From assembly GCA_950097015.1 (NCBI GenBank), contig CATNEN010000002.1, positions 6,448,001-6,512,000 of the forward strand: DNA of 64,000 bases, written 5' to 3'. The translations under genes were made by a program, and so were the position numbers. This stretch comes from Macrostomum hystrix. Lineage: Eukaryota; Animalia; Platyhelminthes. Position 1 is the stretch's first letter. Each line of letters opens with the position of its first letter. This document shows, piece by piece, positions 14,674-26,701 of this stretch. The notes beneath the pieces are model-generated. The model did not search any database. It had not been told where the DNA came from and saw only the letters and a program-made list of their open reading frames with translations.

Positions 14674-15530
14674 CAGTCTGGCCAGACAAAAATGATTAAG
14701 AGCCAAATCAGAGCAACAAAACATGTTAATTGTGTCCCATATAAATCAAGCACGAGTTTCTTACATAACAGCTCATAGTTTTATAAGTACGTAAATTAGG
14801 TTATAAAGCACGAAAACATGAATTATAGAACCAAATTGATAAAATTTTATATGTTAATATTAGCAATATAGGATATCAGACGCACAGCTTGAATCGAAAG
14901 CTAAAACGGCCCTTTTTCGAGCACTTGATAATATTAATAAACAAAGAATTGTTTACACTATAAATCCATCAGTAAAAAGGCCTTCGTTAGATAGATGACA
15001 AACTAACTAAACCAATTCTTTTGCTAGCATTTAAACAAAATAAAACTTAAAACCTACGCAGTAAAACAAAAAGGAAATTGACACAATTGGAGTTTAAAGT
15101 ACTGAACACAATTTGAAGCTTAGAAATTACTAACTATATAGTCAGATGGGGGCATGATGTGACATTACCGTTGGTCTAGTTTTATGTTTGAATCTGTTGT
15201 ACTTCATAAGACCTCGAGTCAGTTTCTATTCCAGCTAGTTTCATCGAAGAACAGCATAAAACACTATTGTGCTTACTAACAAGTTAAAATCAGGTTAATA
15301 TGAAGTGTAATTTAACAAAAAAACGCGAGAGAATCTTTGGAGAGTTTTACTTTGGCCGAAAATAAAACGAATTAAAGAAAAAAGACATCAAATTAACAAT
15401 TTGCGCAACACAATTGCTTCTTAAGGTTTGCCTGCAGATAACGCGAGAGATAAAGTTAAAATTAGTTAAACGGATAAATAGAAAAAAATAATTAATTAGT
15501 TAATAAATGTGTCCCAAAGTCGATTGGGCA

Positions 15531-18500
15531 TCAGTTCTGATAGACCGCGCCAACGCTGCCGGGAGTCGACGTGCCGCTGCCGAAACCGAATGCTGCAAAT
15601 GTTTATGTAAGAAAATAATATACCTCAAGTGCGCCAATTTCATTCTGCACTACTTACAGTAGTGCAGAAAGGCTTCTTTTCCCTATCCCATACAATCTGT
15701 AGCGAAATCGCATACGTTAATGTACTCACCACCTGCTGCGCTGAATCCGCCGACGCTGCCACCAGGCCCGCCACTGATGGAGGAGGCAGTCGATGCGTGA
15801 TGCGACGTGTTCACGGGTGGCAGCCCGCCCTGGTCTCGAACAATGGGAGCTGAAAGCAAGTAGGCCTTCTTCTAGTTAACAATATGATTACATAGTCCCA
15901 TTACCTAGCGATTTAGACCCTTTACAGCTGTATATTTAGGACTTTTACAGCTGCATATTCAGATCTTTAACAGCCAGATATTCAGGTCCTAAACAGCCCA
16001 ATATTCAGGTCCTAAACAGCCCAATATTCAGGTCCTAAACAGCCAAATATTCAGGTCCTAAACAGCCAAATATTCAGGTCCTTAACAGCCAGATATTTAG
16101 GTCTTTAACAGCCAAATATTCAGGTCCTAAACAGCCAAATATCCAGGCCCTTAACAGCCAGATATTTAGGTCCTTAACAGCCAGATATCTAGGTCCTAAA
16201 CAGCCAAATATCCAGGCCCTTAACAGCCAGATATTTAGGTCCTTAACAGCCAGATATCCAGGTCCTAAACAGCCAAATATCCAGGTCCTTAACAGCCAGA
16301 TATTTAGGTCTTTAACGGCCAGATATTCAGGTCCTAAACAGCCAAATATTCAGGTCCTAAACAGCCAAATATTCAGGTCCTTAACAGCCAGATATTTAGG
16401 TCCTTAACAGCCAGATATCTAGGTCCTAAACAGCCAAATATCCAGGTCCTTAACAGCCAGATATTTAGGTCTTTAACGGCCAGATATTCAGGTCCTAAAC
16501 AGCCAAATATTCAGGTCCTAAACAGCCAAATATTCAGGTCCTTAACAGCCAGATATTTAGGTCTTTAACAGCCAGATATTCAGGTCCTAAACAGCCAGAT
16601 ATTTAGGTCCTAAACAGCCAAATATTCAGGTCCTAAACAGCCAAATATCCAGGTCCTTAACAGCCAGATATTTAGGTCCTTAACAGCCAGATATTTAGGT
16701 ACATAACAGCCAGATATTCAGGTACTAAACAGCCGGATATTCAGGTCCTAAACAGCCAAATATTCAGGTCCTAAACAGCCAAATATTCAGGTCCTAAACA
16801 GCCAAATATCCAGGTCTTTAACAGCCAGATATTTAGGTCCTTAACAGCCAGATATTTAGGTACATAACAGCCAGATATTCAGGTACTAAACAGCCGGATA
16901 TTCAGGTCCTTAACAGCCAGATATTCAGGTACTAAACAGCCGGATATTCAGGTCCTTAACAGCCAGACATTCAGGATAGTCGCGAAGCGGTCAACAAAGC
17001 ACCCAGCAAAGCAGAGGTCAGGGCAGCTCACTGAAGTACGGGTGCTCCATAGCCTCCCTGGCAGTGAGACGTTCCGCGTGATCGTATCGCAGCAGCCGGT
17101 CGAGGAAGTCGATGGCTTCAGCGCTAAGCAGATGCTGATTGCCAGTGTGAACAAAGCGCTCCCATCGCTTCCGACTGTGCTTGGCCAGGATGTCGTTGAA
17201 GCGCGGATCCAGGGCCATCTGGTACTTGCCGATGTAGGCGAATAGCTCATCAGTGCCCAGCACCTTGGCGATCCGCACAAGCTGGTCATAGTTGTCGTGG
17301 CCGTGGAAGAATGGCTCTTTCTTGAATATCATCGAGGCGAACATGCAGCCAAGGCTCCACATGTCCAGCGAGTAGTCATACATCTGCGATGAGGATTTGG
17401 GAGACGAGATATTTATGTAGTTCAGTGTCTGACTTTAGAATCCCATCTCGATTGAGATTCGAGAATCAGGGAATTAGAATGAAGCAAAGAATCCTGGGGA
17501 TCTAAACTGTGGGATCAAACAGGATCTAAACTGTGGGATCAAATGGAGTTTAAACTGTGGGATCAAATGGAGTTTAAACTGTGGGATCAAAGGGAATTCA
17601 ATCTATGGGATCAAATGGGATCTAAACTGTGGGATCAAAGGGGATTTAAATTGAGTATCATGGGAATCTTAACTGAGTATCAAGGAGATTTTAACTGAGA
17701 ACTATAAGGAATAAAGACTCAGACATGGGGATGTAAATGTATAATGAAAGGGCTCTAAATTAAGCACAGCATCTCACCTGGTAGTCCAGTAGCAACTCGG
17801 GGCCCTTGAAATAGCGCGAAGCCACGCGGACATTGTACTCCTGACCGGCGTGATAGAACTCGGCCAGGCCCCAGTCTATGAGGCGGAGCTGAATTTCGTG
17901 GGGAGCACAATGGGATTGCAATTCTGAGATTCTCATCATTGTCACTCAGGGAAGAACTAAATTAATAAATCAAATAAAAATGTCAAACAGTTGCAAAAGT
18001 GAGTAGCCCCTTCAAATGTCAAACCGATTGTGAAACAATTCAGTTAACTGGGGCATCCACTGATCGACTGCCTGCTGTAAACAGTTACAGATTATGTTAG
18101 CCGACTTATAACAGGATCCAATCAATATATTATTTATTTGGACCTATTAATGAGGTTTTAAGCAGTCGGCAAGAAAGTATGAATTTATTTTTTATCTAAA
18201 TTATTTATGGTGGGACAACTTAATGATCATGGGACTATGGGGTAACGAGAGACTGTGAGATCATGAGAATGGTGGGATCTTGAGACTGAGATCATGGGAC
18301 TGTGAGATCACGAGACTTAGTGGTCATGAGAGAGAGTGAGATCATGAGACTGTGATCATGAGAGAGTGTGTGATCATGAGACTGTGATCATGAGACTGTG
18401 ATCATGAGAGAGAGAGTGAGATCATGAGACCGTGGTCATGAGAGTGGGATTATGAGACTGGGTGGTTCTGATAGACTGGGATTAAGGGACTGTGAGATCA

Positions 18501-19173
18501 TGGGACCGTGCGGTCAGAGGTGATAAGAATTTAAAGAAAAAATCAAGAGCCATAGTATGATTAATGATAGCTCATAAGCGCAAACCTTTCTATGCTCGTG
18601 ATCGATCATGACATTGTGAGGCTTGACATCTCGGTGCATAATGCCCTTGCTATGGCAGTAGTCCAAGGCTTTCAACAGTTCAAAGATGTAGAATCGAATA
18701 TCATAGTCAGTTAGGGTCTGGTAAAGCTGCTTGAAGTCGGCATTGTTAACGTGCTCAAAAATCAGAGCAGGCGTGCGAGACACCGGGTCCTTCACAATGC
18801 CCTGCAGGCCGATGATGTTAACGCCGCCCTTTAAATTTTCCAGAATCTTGATTTCCCGCTTAATCTTCTTCTTTTTAACTGGCTTCAAAACCTGAATTTG
18901 GTGAGGATGAATTGATTGTATTTGCAGAGGTCGGGGCTATAAATACCAGCTAGGATGCAACATGTCATCACCAACCTTGATGACCACCTTCTCGTTAGCG
19001 GTCACATTGATGCCCTCGAACACCTCCGAGTACTTGCCGCGGCCGAGTTTGCGCACAATCTGATAATCGTCCTGATTGGCCCACTCGATCACCAGCACCT
19101 CGTAGTCCCAGTATTGCCGCTCCCGCACCTGATTGGCATCGGCATAGACCCTCGACTTACTTGGCAGAGGCAT
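15531..19173 (-). CDS. CSNK2A1: Casein kinase II catalytic subunit alpha, 382 aa; exons 19173-18976, 18891-18586, 17888-17778, 17383-17032, 15849-15730, 15592-15531
   Basis: CK2-specific motifs ([63 protein letters not shown]); all five GT-AG introns are phase-consistent; 1149 nt total. Confidence 0.97.
15945..16965. repeat. 23/24-bp minisatellite inside CK2 intron 4 (AAACAGCCAAATATTCAGGTCCT)
   Basis: Seen directly. Confidence 0.95.
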
Positions 19174-19647
19174 TTACCAAGCTGCGTCCAGTAGCTACTT
19201 TAATGTGTAAGCCGTCAATAAGTTGCTAAGCTCAGCTACCAGCTGACCCGTGTTTTCTAATGCTATAGTGCCTGGAACACGAGTTTGAAGGATTAGTTGC
19301 TAAATTGCACTATTAAATTAATGTTTGCATAATTGCTTAAATACATCAAAGAAAAAAACATTGCAAATCTATTAAGTTTCAGTGATAGGTGTTCCCAAGT
19401 TAACAAAGAAACATACAGACAAACAGATACAGAGTCCACTTGGTCTGTAGTATAATATTTAGGTATAAGATAGGGATTTTCATTTTTATATTGGCTTGAT
19501 AATAAAATAGAAAACATTTAGAAAACTTACTTACCAAATAAGACTTTTGTAATTAAAATAGATTAAATGACTTACAAACAATTCCTAGCCACATAAATTT
19601 TATTGCTCTAAATTATGTTTTCCTAACTTTGGAATGCAAAGTAAATA

Positions 19648-19918
19648 CATACATGTGCAACCTCCCAAATCTTAGCTGGCCTTGCGACTTAGTTTTTGCT
19701 CTCATTTGCGACTTAGTTCGTTTCATTGCTCTATTTACAACTTAGTTTGCTCTCATTTGCTCTCTTTTTCTCTCCCCTTTTTCTTTTTCTTCACGCCTTC
19801 CTTTTTGTCCCTTGGTCCCCCCTTTGATTTTTTTGCGCTTGGTCGATTGGTTTTTGCAACTTACCTTGCTTGGCCCTCGTTTCACCTGGCTGGTTCGGCC
19901 GGGTGTTGCGCATGTATG
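19648..19918. mobile_element. hAT-type MITE, copy 1
   Basis: 14-bp TIR CATACATG(T/C)GCAAC; 8-bp TSD AGTAAATA at 19640-19647 and 19919-19926. Confidence 0.88.
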
Positions 19919-20990
19919 AGTAAATAGCTATCCCAATAAGGCTTAATTTAGAAAAAATGAAATTATATGACATCTTATCTTTGGAGCCAGTCAGAGACAG
20001 GGATATGGCAGTCTTGCTATAATGCATAAATTTATTTCATATATCATACACTTATAATTTCATGTGCGAAATACTATTACTATGTTAACTCAAGACTTTT
20101 AGGCAATGAGGCATAGACAAAGGCTATATTTTCATGTTATATATTAAAGGTTGCTGGCTATTTTGGTGCCTGGTCTTGCCTTTTTTGGTACTTTTAATTA
20201 CTAATTAATTTAATTTAATTTAATTTAATTTTAATAATTTAATTTAATTTAATAATTTAATTTAATTACTTTTAATAATAAATTTATTTTGGCTATTGTC
20301 TAGCCCGTTATCACTTGTCATTATCATCAAAATGTATGGTACCAAATGTTATAGGTACAAAAATTAAAATGCCTATCAACAACCCTATTAAATACATTAA
20401 TGGGGTCAGAAGATTTAAAATCAAAATGACAGACTGAAAGACTATCTAGCTTGAATCCTTTTAGTCATGAAAATAATTATCCAAAACAGAAAAAACTGAA
20501 ATATTTAGTGCAGCAAAAAGAAAACCAAAGTTAATTTGTTAACAAACAGTACTGCCTAGATTTTAAAGCAGTGTAAATAGTGTAGTGTTTAGAATACAAA
20601 TTAGCATTTTAAGAAAAAAATGATGTAATGAATATAAATTTGCATAAAAATGATAAAATAAACATATAAAAGAATGACATTTAATTGACATAAAAGGGTG
20701 GCATATATATATTAAGTGCATATAGTAATGTATAATACTTATTACATATAATTTTATTTATCTGTCATATTATATTGCTTTAATTTTAATAAAAGTTTTT
20801 GGCTACCATATGGCTATACTATAGTAGGTCCTAGCTAGAATATAACATATGGTAGCTTGGAGTTGGACATTCAGTGTGCATAAATATTGAAACTTTAGCC
20901 TGCTCTAATCTAGGTCCAATCTAGGTTAAAGTAAAGAAGTGTAGCCACTGGCCTACTGCCATTATGAAAAATGGCTTCAGTCTATTAAAG

Positions 20991-22647
20991 GGTCCCAGGT
21001 AATTTCGGTGACAGTCATTTTGGTGACAGAATTAGTCAGTTTGGTGACAACTATTTTTGCACCTGAATATGCTGAGAAAACAGCCTTCCATGTTAACTAT
21101 GCACACCTATCAAATATTATGCTGAATTTGTTTTAATCAATGTTTGACATTGATGGCAGGTCCTTGTTTTTTTACTTTCGAATGGTACTTTCAAGTAGTT
21201 TGGATACTTTCTACTTGAATGAATAGCAAAATAGTTCAAGATGATTCAAACAGATGTTCTGTCTTTTCTCTGAATTGTTCATTATTCTGATTTTAAGTCA
21301 CATGTAGAATGATTGCAGTCAGTCTATATGATTAACTATGAAAAGGACAAGCAATCAGTATGTCAATCTTTTAGTTGGCTACTTGCTAAGCCTACTTCCT
21401 TAAAGTTAAGCTTGCATTATTGAGTAATTCTGCCAGAATTCTAGCACATGAGCTAATTTTGGCCAAATTTGAGCAGTATACAGACTGGATAAATCCGTCT
21501 CTGTAGGAAAAAGGAAAATTCACTAAGCTCTCCAGTGTTGCACACATACATGCGCAACACCCAGCCAACCCGGCCAAACCGGCCGGGTGAAATGAGGGCC
21601 AAGCAAGGTAAGTCGCAAAAACCAATCGACCAAGCGCAAAAAAATCAAAGGGGGGACCAAGGGACAAAAAAGGAAGGCGTGAAGAAAAGGAAAAAGGAGA
21701 GAGAAAAAGAGAGCAAATGAGAGCAAACTAAGTTGTAAATAGAGCAATGAAATGAACTAAGTTGCAAATGAGAGCAAAAACTAAGTCGCAAGGCTGGCTA
21801 AGATTTGGGAGGTTGCGCATGTATGGTTGCACAACATATGCATGGCAGCATGCTTGCTATGGTTTTAGCTAGTTGAATGACAGTGAAATTAAATGTGAAT
21901 AAGTAGCTTAATGCCAGTATCCAGTTATATTGCAGTTGCAGTTCTCTGAAAACAAATATATTATACTTGTACATATTCAATTAGGAACCAATAACTATTG
22001 AAACTATAGACTACTCATTAAATCATTTAATTTAAAGTAAAACCCAGACTCAAGCAGAGCAATGCAGCTTCTACCATATTTTTCTTTACAATTTTTCTTT
22101 GTCCAGGTTTTTACCTTAAAGGTATAAATGCGTAAATATTAGGACATGTGCATTCAAATTAGATGCTCATAACTAACAATAGTTAAATATAATACAAATT
22201 TCAAGCTCAACATGAGGTTCTTCATATTGCAGTGAATACCAAACTATAACAATTTGCCTTTCTAATGCTTTTTTAAAACTAAGGGGTTTATAGAAAATTT
22301 AAAGGGGCATGAGAATTTTATGGTTTTTACAATTTTCTTAGTAATGAGAATTATCGCGAAAAAAGCATGTGCTATATAAAGAATATTAAAAATGTAAATT
22401 ACTTTCGCAATAAAAAAGTGAAACGGCACACCAACTTATTAGGTGGTAGGCCCAGTAAATACTTCCTAATAATACTTAATAGGTATGTGTAGGCCCAAGT
22501 TCACTTCACATGGAAGGCTGTTTTCTCAGCATATTTAGATGCAAAAATAGTTGTCACTGAACTGACCAATTCTTTCACAGAAATGACTTGAGTTGTCACC
22601 GAAATGATTATCACCTAAATGTCTTGTCACCAAAATGACCTGGGACC
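20991..22647. mobile_element. Non-autonomous Mutator-like (MULE) element
   Basis: ~110-bp imperfect TIRs starting GGTCCCAGGT with repeated GGTGACA motifs; 9-bp TSD CTATTAAAG at 20982-20990 and 22648-22656; no ORF. Confidence 0.8.
21545..21825. mobile_element. hAT-type MITE, copy 2 (inverted relative to copy 1, nested in the MULE)
   Basis: TIR CATACATGCGCAAC; 8-bp TSD GTTGCACA at 21537-21544 and 21826-21833. Confidence 0.88.
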
Positions 22648-25165
22648 CTATTAAAGGCAATCAGCTATTTGAATAAATGGAGATTGACAAATAGGATGAT
22701 GTGATATGATGTGATGACCAATATTAACCTTAGACATTCAGACAGTGAATGAATATGCAATGCAACTAGGCTACTACTACTAGTAGTACTGGCTAGCTGC
22801 AATGCCTAGCTCCTGCCTCTTGAGCTCTCCCTCCTGCCAAACAAAATGGAAAGCTAACTACATAGGATAGGCCTAGCTATAATGTTTATTTGTGGTGATT
22901 TTTGTTTGCAGCACTCTATGTCTTACACCCTAACTTATAACCTAATTGATACTGATGCTGAAGTGATTGCTAGTATTGTTACATATATCTATGAATATGA
23001 TTATGATGTAAGACGAAAAAACATTGTCCAAGCTAAATGTAGACATGGGATATTAGTCCTTGATGTTGGTAATGGGCAGTCATCAGGCAGCTTCGAGTTA
23101 ACACAAGGTTTAATAATTATTGACTTATGTTTACAATGTTTATAATTAATTTTATGCGAATTAGCTTAACTCTGACTGGCTAATAGCCGCTGTTATAAAT
23201 ATTCCATTATTAAAACAGTCTTTATTAATGATTAAAACAACACTTTAATGAAGTCTAGTTATTTTTAATCCAATCCAGCTAAGCGAGAAAATAGTGCTGT
23301 CATGACCATGACCAGTTGATCATTTAATCATGACCATGAGAACATGAGACCTAAGACTTGTAATGTATATACGGATTCACCGGCGACCGACCGAAGTTCT
23401 GTAAAATCTGACTTCGTACGCTTCACGTTTTGAATTTGCAATAAAATTGTAGCAGTCTAACATAAAAATATGCTTTGTACCAGTTTTATTGGTTATAATT
23501 ACTTTTGACAATGCAACGACCTATAGAAAGGTAGTTAATTCAAGCTAGCAAAAAGAGAATCAGTATTTTTGTTTAAACATTTTTGTCTGTTACCAGTTGC
23601 TAATCCGGTCAGTCAACTAGTAATTAACAACATCAAGTGAGTCTTTTAGTTCTGTAGTACTGGAATAAAAAAATTATACACTCCCGACTCACTCTATGCC
23701 TCCAGGAATACTGCAGACTCTCATTGTAGAAACCATACTTATGTTATCTATTAGTTTCAAGGACCATGAACTTGTAGCTCGTAGTTTATAATTTGCTTTA
23801 TTAGTGTAGTGGGCCTGTAATTGTTACGTTTTGTAATTAATTTCCTATTTCTTTTTTCTTTTTATATTAGAATTTTAAGTTGTTGCAGTTAAGGCTGCTG
23901 CTATCTTAAATATAAATTTCCAAGGGAATCTGTCGCCAATCATCTTATCATGCACAAAATACAATAAAGCAACATGATGTAGGCCTATACATTTCTACCT
24001 GTCTGATTATTGCAGGTGCTTAATAGTAATGAGTTCGAATGGAATGTCTCCTAGTTCACCTCGGAGCGCAATTCGAGTCACGAAGCGTCTTAGTAGCTAT
24101 AAAATAACTGCAAATTTCTTGCAGTATCCACTCTATCTCATTCTTAAAGTATCTCAGCCGGACATATATACAGACTAGCTATCTCTTGCTCTCCGAAAGC
24201 GCTCTGTTTGCTTAAGCAAATGAAAACAACTGACCAAATCTCCAGCATCTCAAGAACGCTTGAAGACGAAAGAAGAAATGTCAGATTATTAGTCTTGTTG
24301 GCCTTGTTTAATTCCTTCCAAGAAAAAATACTCTGCACTGTTTGTCATCTCATTCGCCATTGGACACCGCAAACTCGTCTTGGCCATTTATACACTGAGC
24401 CTCTCAAACAATGGTCTTTGATTAAACAGTCTTCTTTTTACTTCGAGGCAAGTAGGGGTTTTGTTTCTCGGCAACGCCCGATCAATAAGGCAGTCGAGGA
24501 GAGAGGTCTGCACCTTTGACAGGTAGGTTGCGTAGCAACCATTGTTTCTAGAGGTGTAAATACACTGTTACCATACTAAGTAAGTGTCTTTTACTTTTAA
24601 AGTCACATTTGCAGAACTCACCTTGCGAATATTTTCTCTGGTTTAGCCTTCGACAGGCGAGCTGCGTGGTGAAATTGTTATCTTTTGCAATGTCTCATGC
24701 ATTGCCCACATATTGTAGCTATCAATAGCCAATTACAGGTTAATTGTCGATAAATTTGCAGTTCTCTGCCCTCTGACCCACGCAGCAACAGAACGATAAG
24801 GTCTAGCTGTGTTTTTAGTAGAGCAGCGAGTTGGAGCCAGTTGTCCCTCACCTGTCAGGAACTCAGATTTTGCTATTAAGATTGAAATTTATCCAGCTAT
24901 TTTAAGCTCTGTATAATAGAGCAGAACTAATTCAGAGACTCGGAAATCGTTTCCTAAAGGGTAAGATCATGCCACGGTTGTTAACCACCAGAAACAGATT
25001 GCTTTATTGTTTTAAGCTGCAATCCCTTAAAAAAGAATCTGCCTTTGACTAAAGCTGGGGTCGGCAAACCACAGAAGCGGGCCAGATGCGGCCCTCGAAG
25101 CTCCCAAATCCGGCCCGTTAAATCTACAGTACCCTGCTTCTCATCTTTCCCAATATCTCATCTCT

Positions 25166-25338
25166 CAGTGTACACTGCCTGACAATGAGAAAGTCAGGGC
25201 AGATGTACACACCTGTGTGAGCGTGTGCCTGCATACGGTATTTGAGTGCGCGTGTGCTCAGGAGTCAGCGAGATGGAGCTGCGTGTCTAGTGTCACCGAA
25301 TGATGTGCCATTGCCCGCTGCCGTCCTGCAATTATTAT
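25166..25338 (+). mobile_element. SINE family A, 5'-truncated copy
   Basis: Matches the 3' half of the other copies. Confidence 0.75.
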
Positions 25339-25389
25339 CTCATCTATTCTCAGTCTCGTCTCTCCCCTTCCACATCTCTCCGGTGTCTT

Positions 25390-26050
25390 ATCCCTCCAGG
25401 CCTGTCTCATCTCTCTTCTGTCTCATCTATCCCGTGTCTCATCTCTCCAGTGTCTCATCTCTCCTGTGTCTCATCTCTCCAGTGTCTCATCTCTCCTGCG
25501 TCTCATCTCTCCAGTGTCTCATCTCTCCTGTGTCTCATCTCTCCTGTGTCTCATCTCTCCTGTGTCTCATCTCTCCAGTGTCTCATCTCTCCAGTGTCTC
25601 ATCTCTCCTGTGTCTCATCTCTCCAGTGTCTCATCTCTCCAGTGTCTCATCTCTCCAGTGTCTCATTTCTCCAGTGTCTCATCTCTCCTGTGTCTCATCT
25701 CTCCAGTGTCTCATCTCTCCTGTGTCTCATCTCTCCAGTGTCTCATCTCTCCAGTGTCTCATCTCTCCTGTGTCTCATCTCTCCTGTGTCTCATCTCTCC
25801 AGTGTCTCATCTCTCCAGTGTCTCATCTCTCCTGTGTCTCATCTCTCCAGTGTCTCATCTCTCCAGTGTCTCATCTCTCCAGTGTCTCATCTCTCCAGTG
25901 TCTCATCTCTCCTGTGTCTCATCTCTCCAGTGTCTCATCTCTCCAGTGTCTCATCTCTCCTGCGTCTCATCTCTCCAGTGTCTCATCTCTCCAGTGTCTC
26001 ATCTCTCCCCTGTCTCATCTCTCCCCTGTCTCATCTCTCCCCTGTCTCAT
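25390..26050. repeat. 16-bp minisatellite (TGTCTCATCTCTCC[A/T]G)
   Basis: Seen directly. Confidence 0.96.
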
Positions 26051-26282
26051 CTTTCTACAGTCAATGAGGCTCGCTGTCGTCTTTTAGGTTCTCTCTTTGG
26101 CCCTCGAGCTAATAAGTTTGTCGACCCTTGGACCAGAGCATCATGAGCCGAATAAGTTAAAAATTGCCCTATATTCGTGCTGTGCTGATACCCTTCCCTC
26201 AAAACTTACCTAGATTCTGTCTCTCCTCCCTCGCCATCCCACACCCGTATCCCGCTGCTCCCTGCAGCTCCTATCTTTCTGG

Positions 26283-26296
26283 GTAACCATGGCAAC
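26283..26296. promoter_or_regulatory. RFX X-box-like motif GTAACCATGGCAAC
   Basis: Fits the X-box consensus GTHNYYATRRNAAC; ~400 bp upstream of the K2P ATG. Confidence 0.5.
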
Positions 26297-26701
26297 GCAT
26301 CGGCAGTAAAGCCAGACTTTTACAAGTAGACAGGCAGACATAGATAGCATGCAGAAGCAGGGAGAAAAATAGTCTACAGGAGTCGCAGTTGGACGCCTAT
26401 AGGCGGAGGAACAAACAATAGGCAGGTGGTCGGTGCATCCAATATCCCCAAAAACCCAATCCCAATCCTACTGGTTTCCTTCCTCAACTCCAGCTTTGTG
26501 AATTGCCACCACCTAGAGCAGCATTTGGCAGGCCCACAGACACTTCGGAATGCATGTATATTAGGATAAGGTGCATGCTGCAGATAGAATTGTTTCCATG
26601 ACAACTGAACCACTGTCAACCGGCTTCTCACCTGCGTTGGACGCCGCGTCTCCTTTCTACTAGAGGCCCATTCGCGATCAGCCGCCGCGAGGTCGTCGAA
26701 G

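Noticed and set aside
25242-26146. CLISPVSHLSSV ORFs
   Set aside because: Translations of the 16-bp minisatellite
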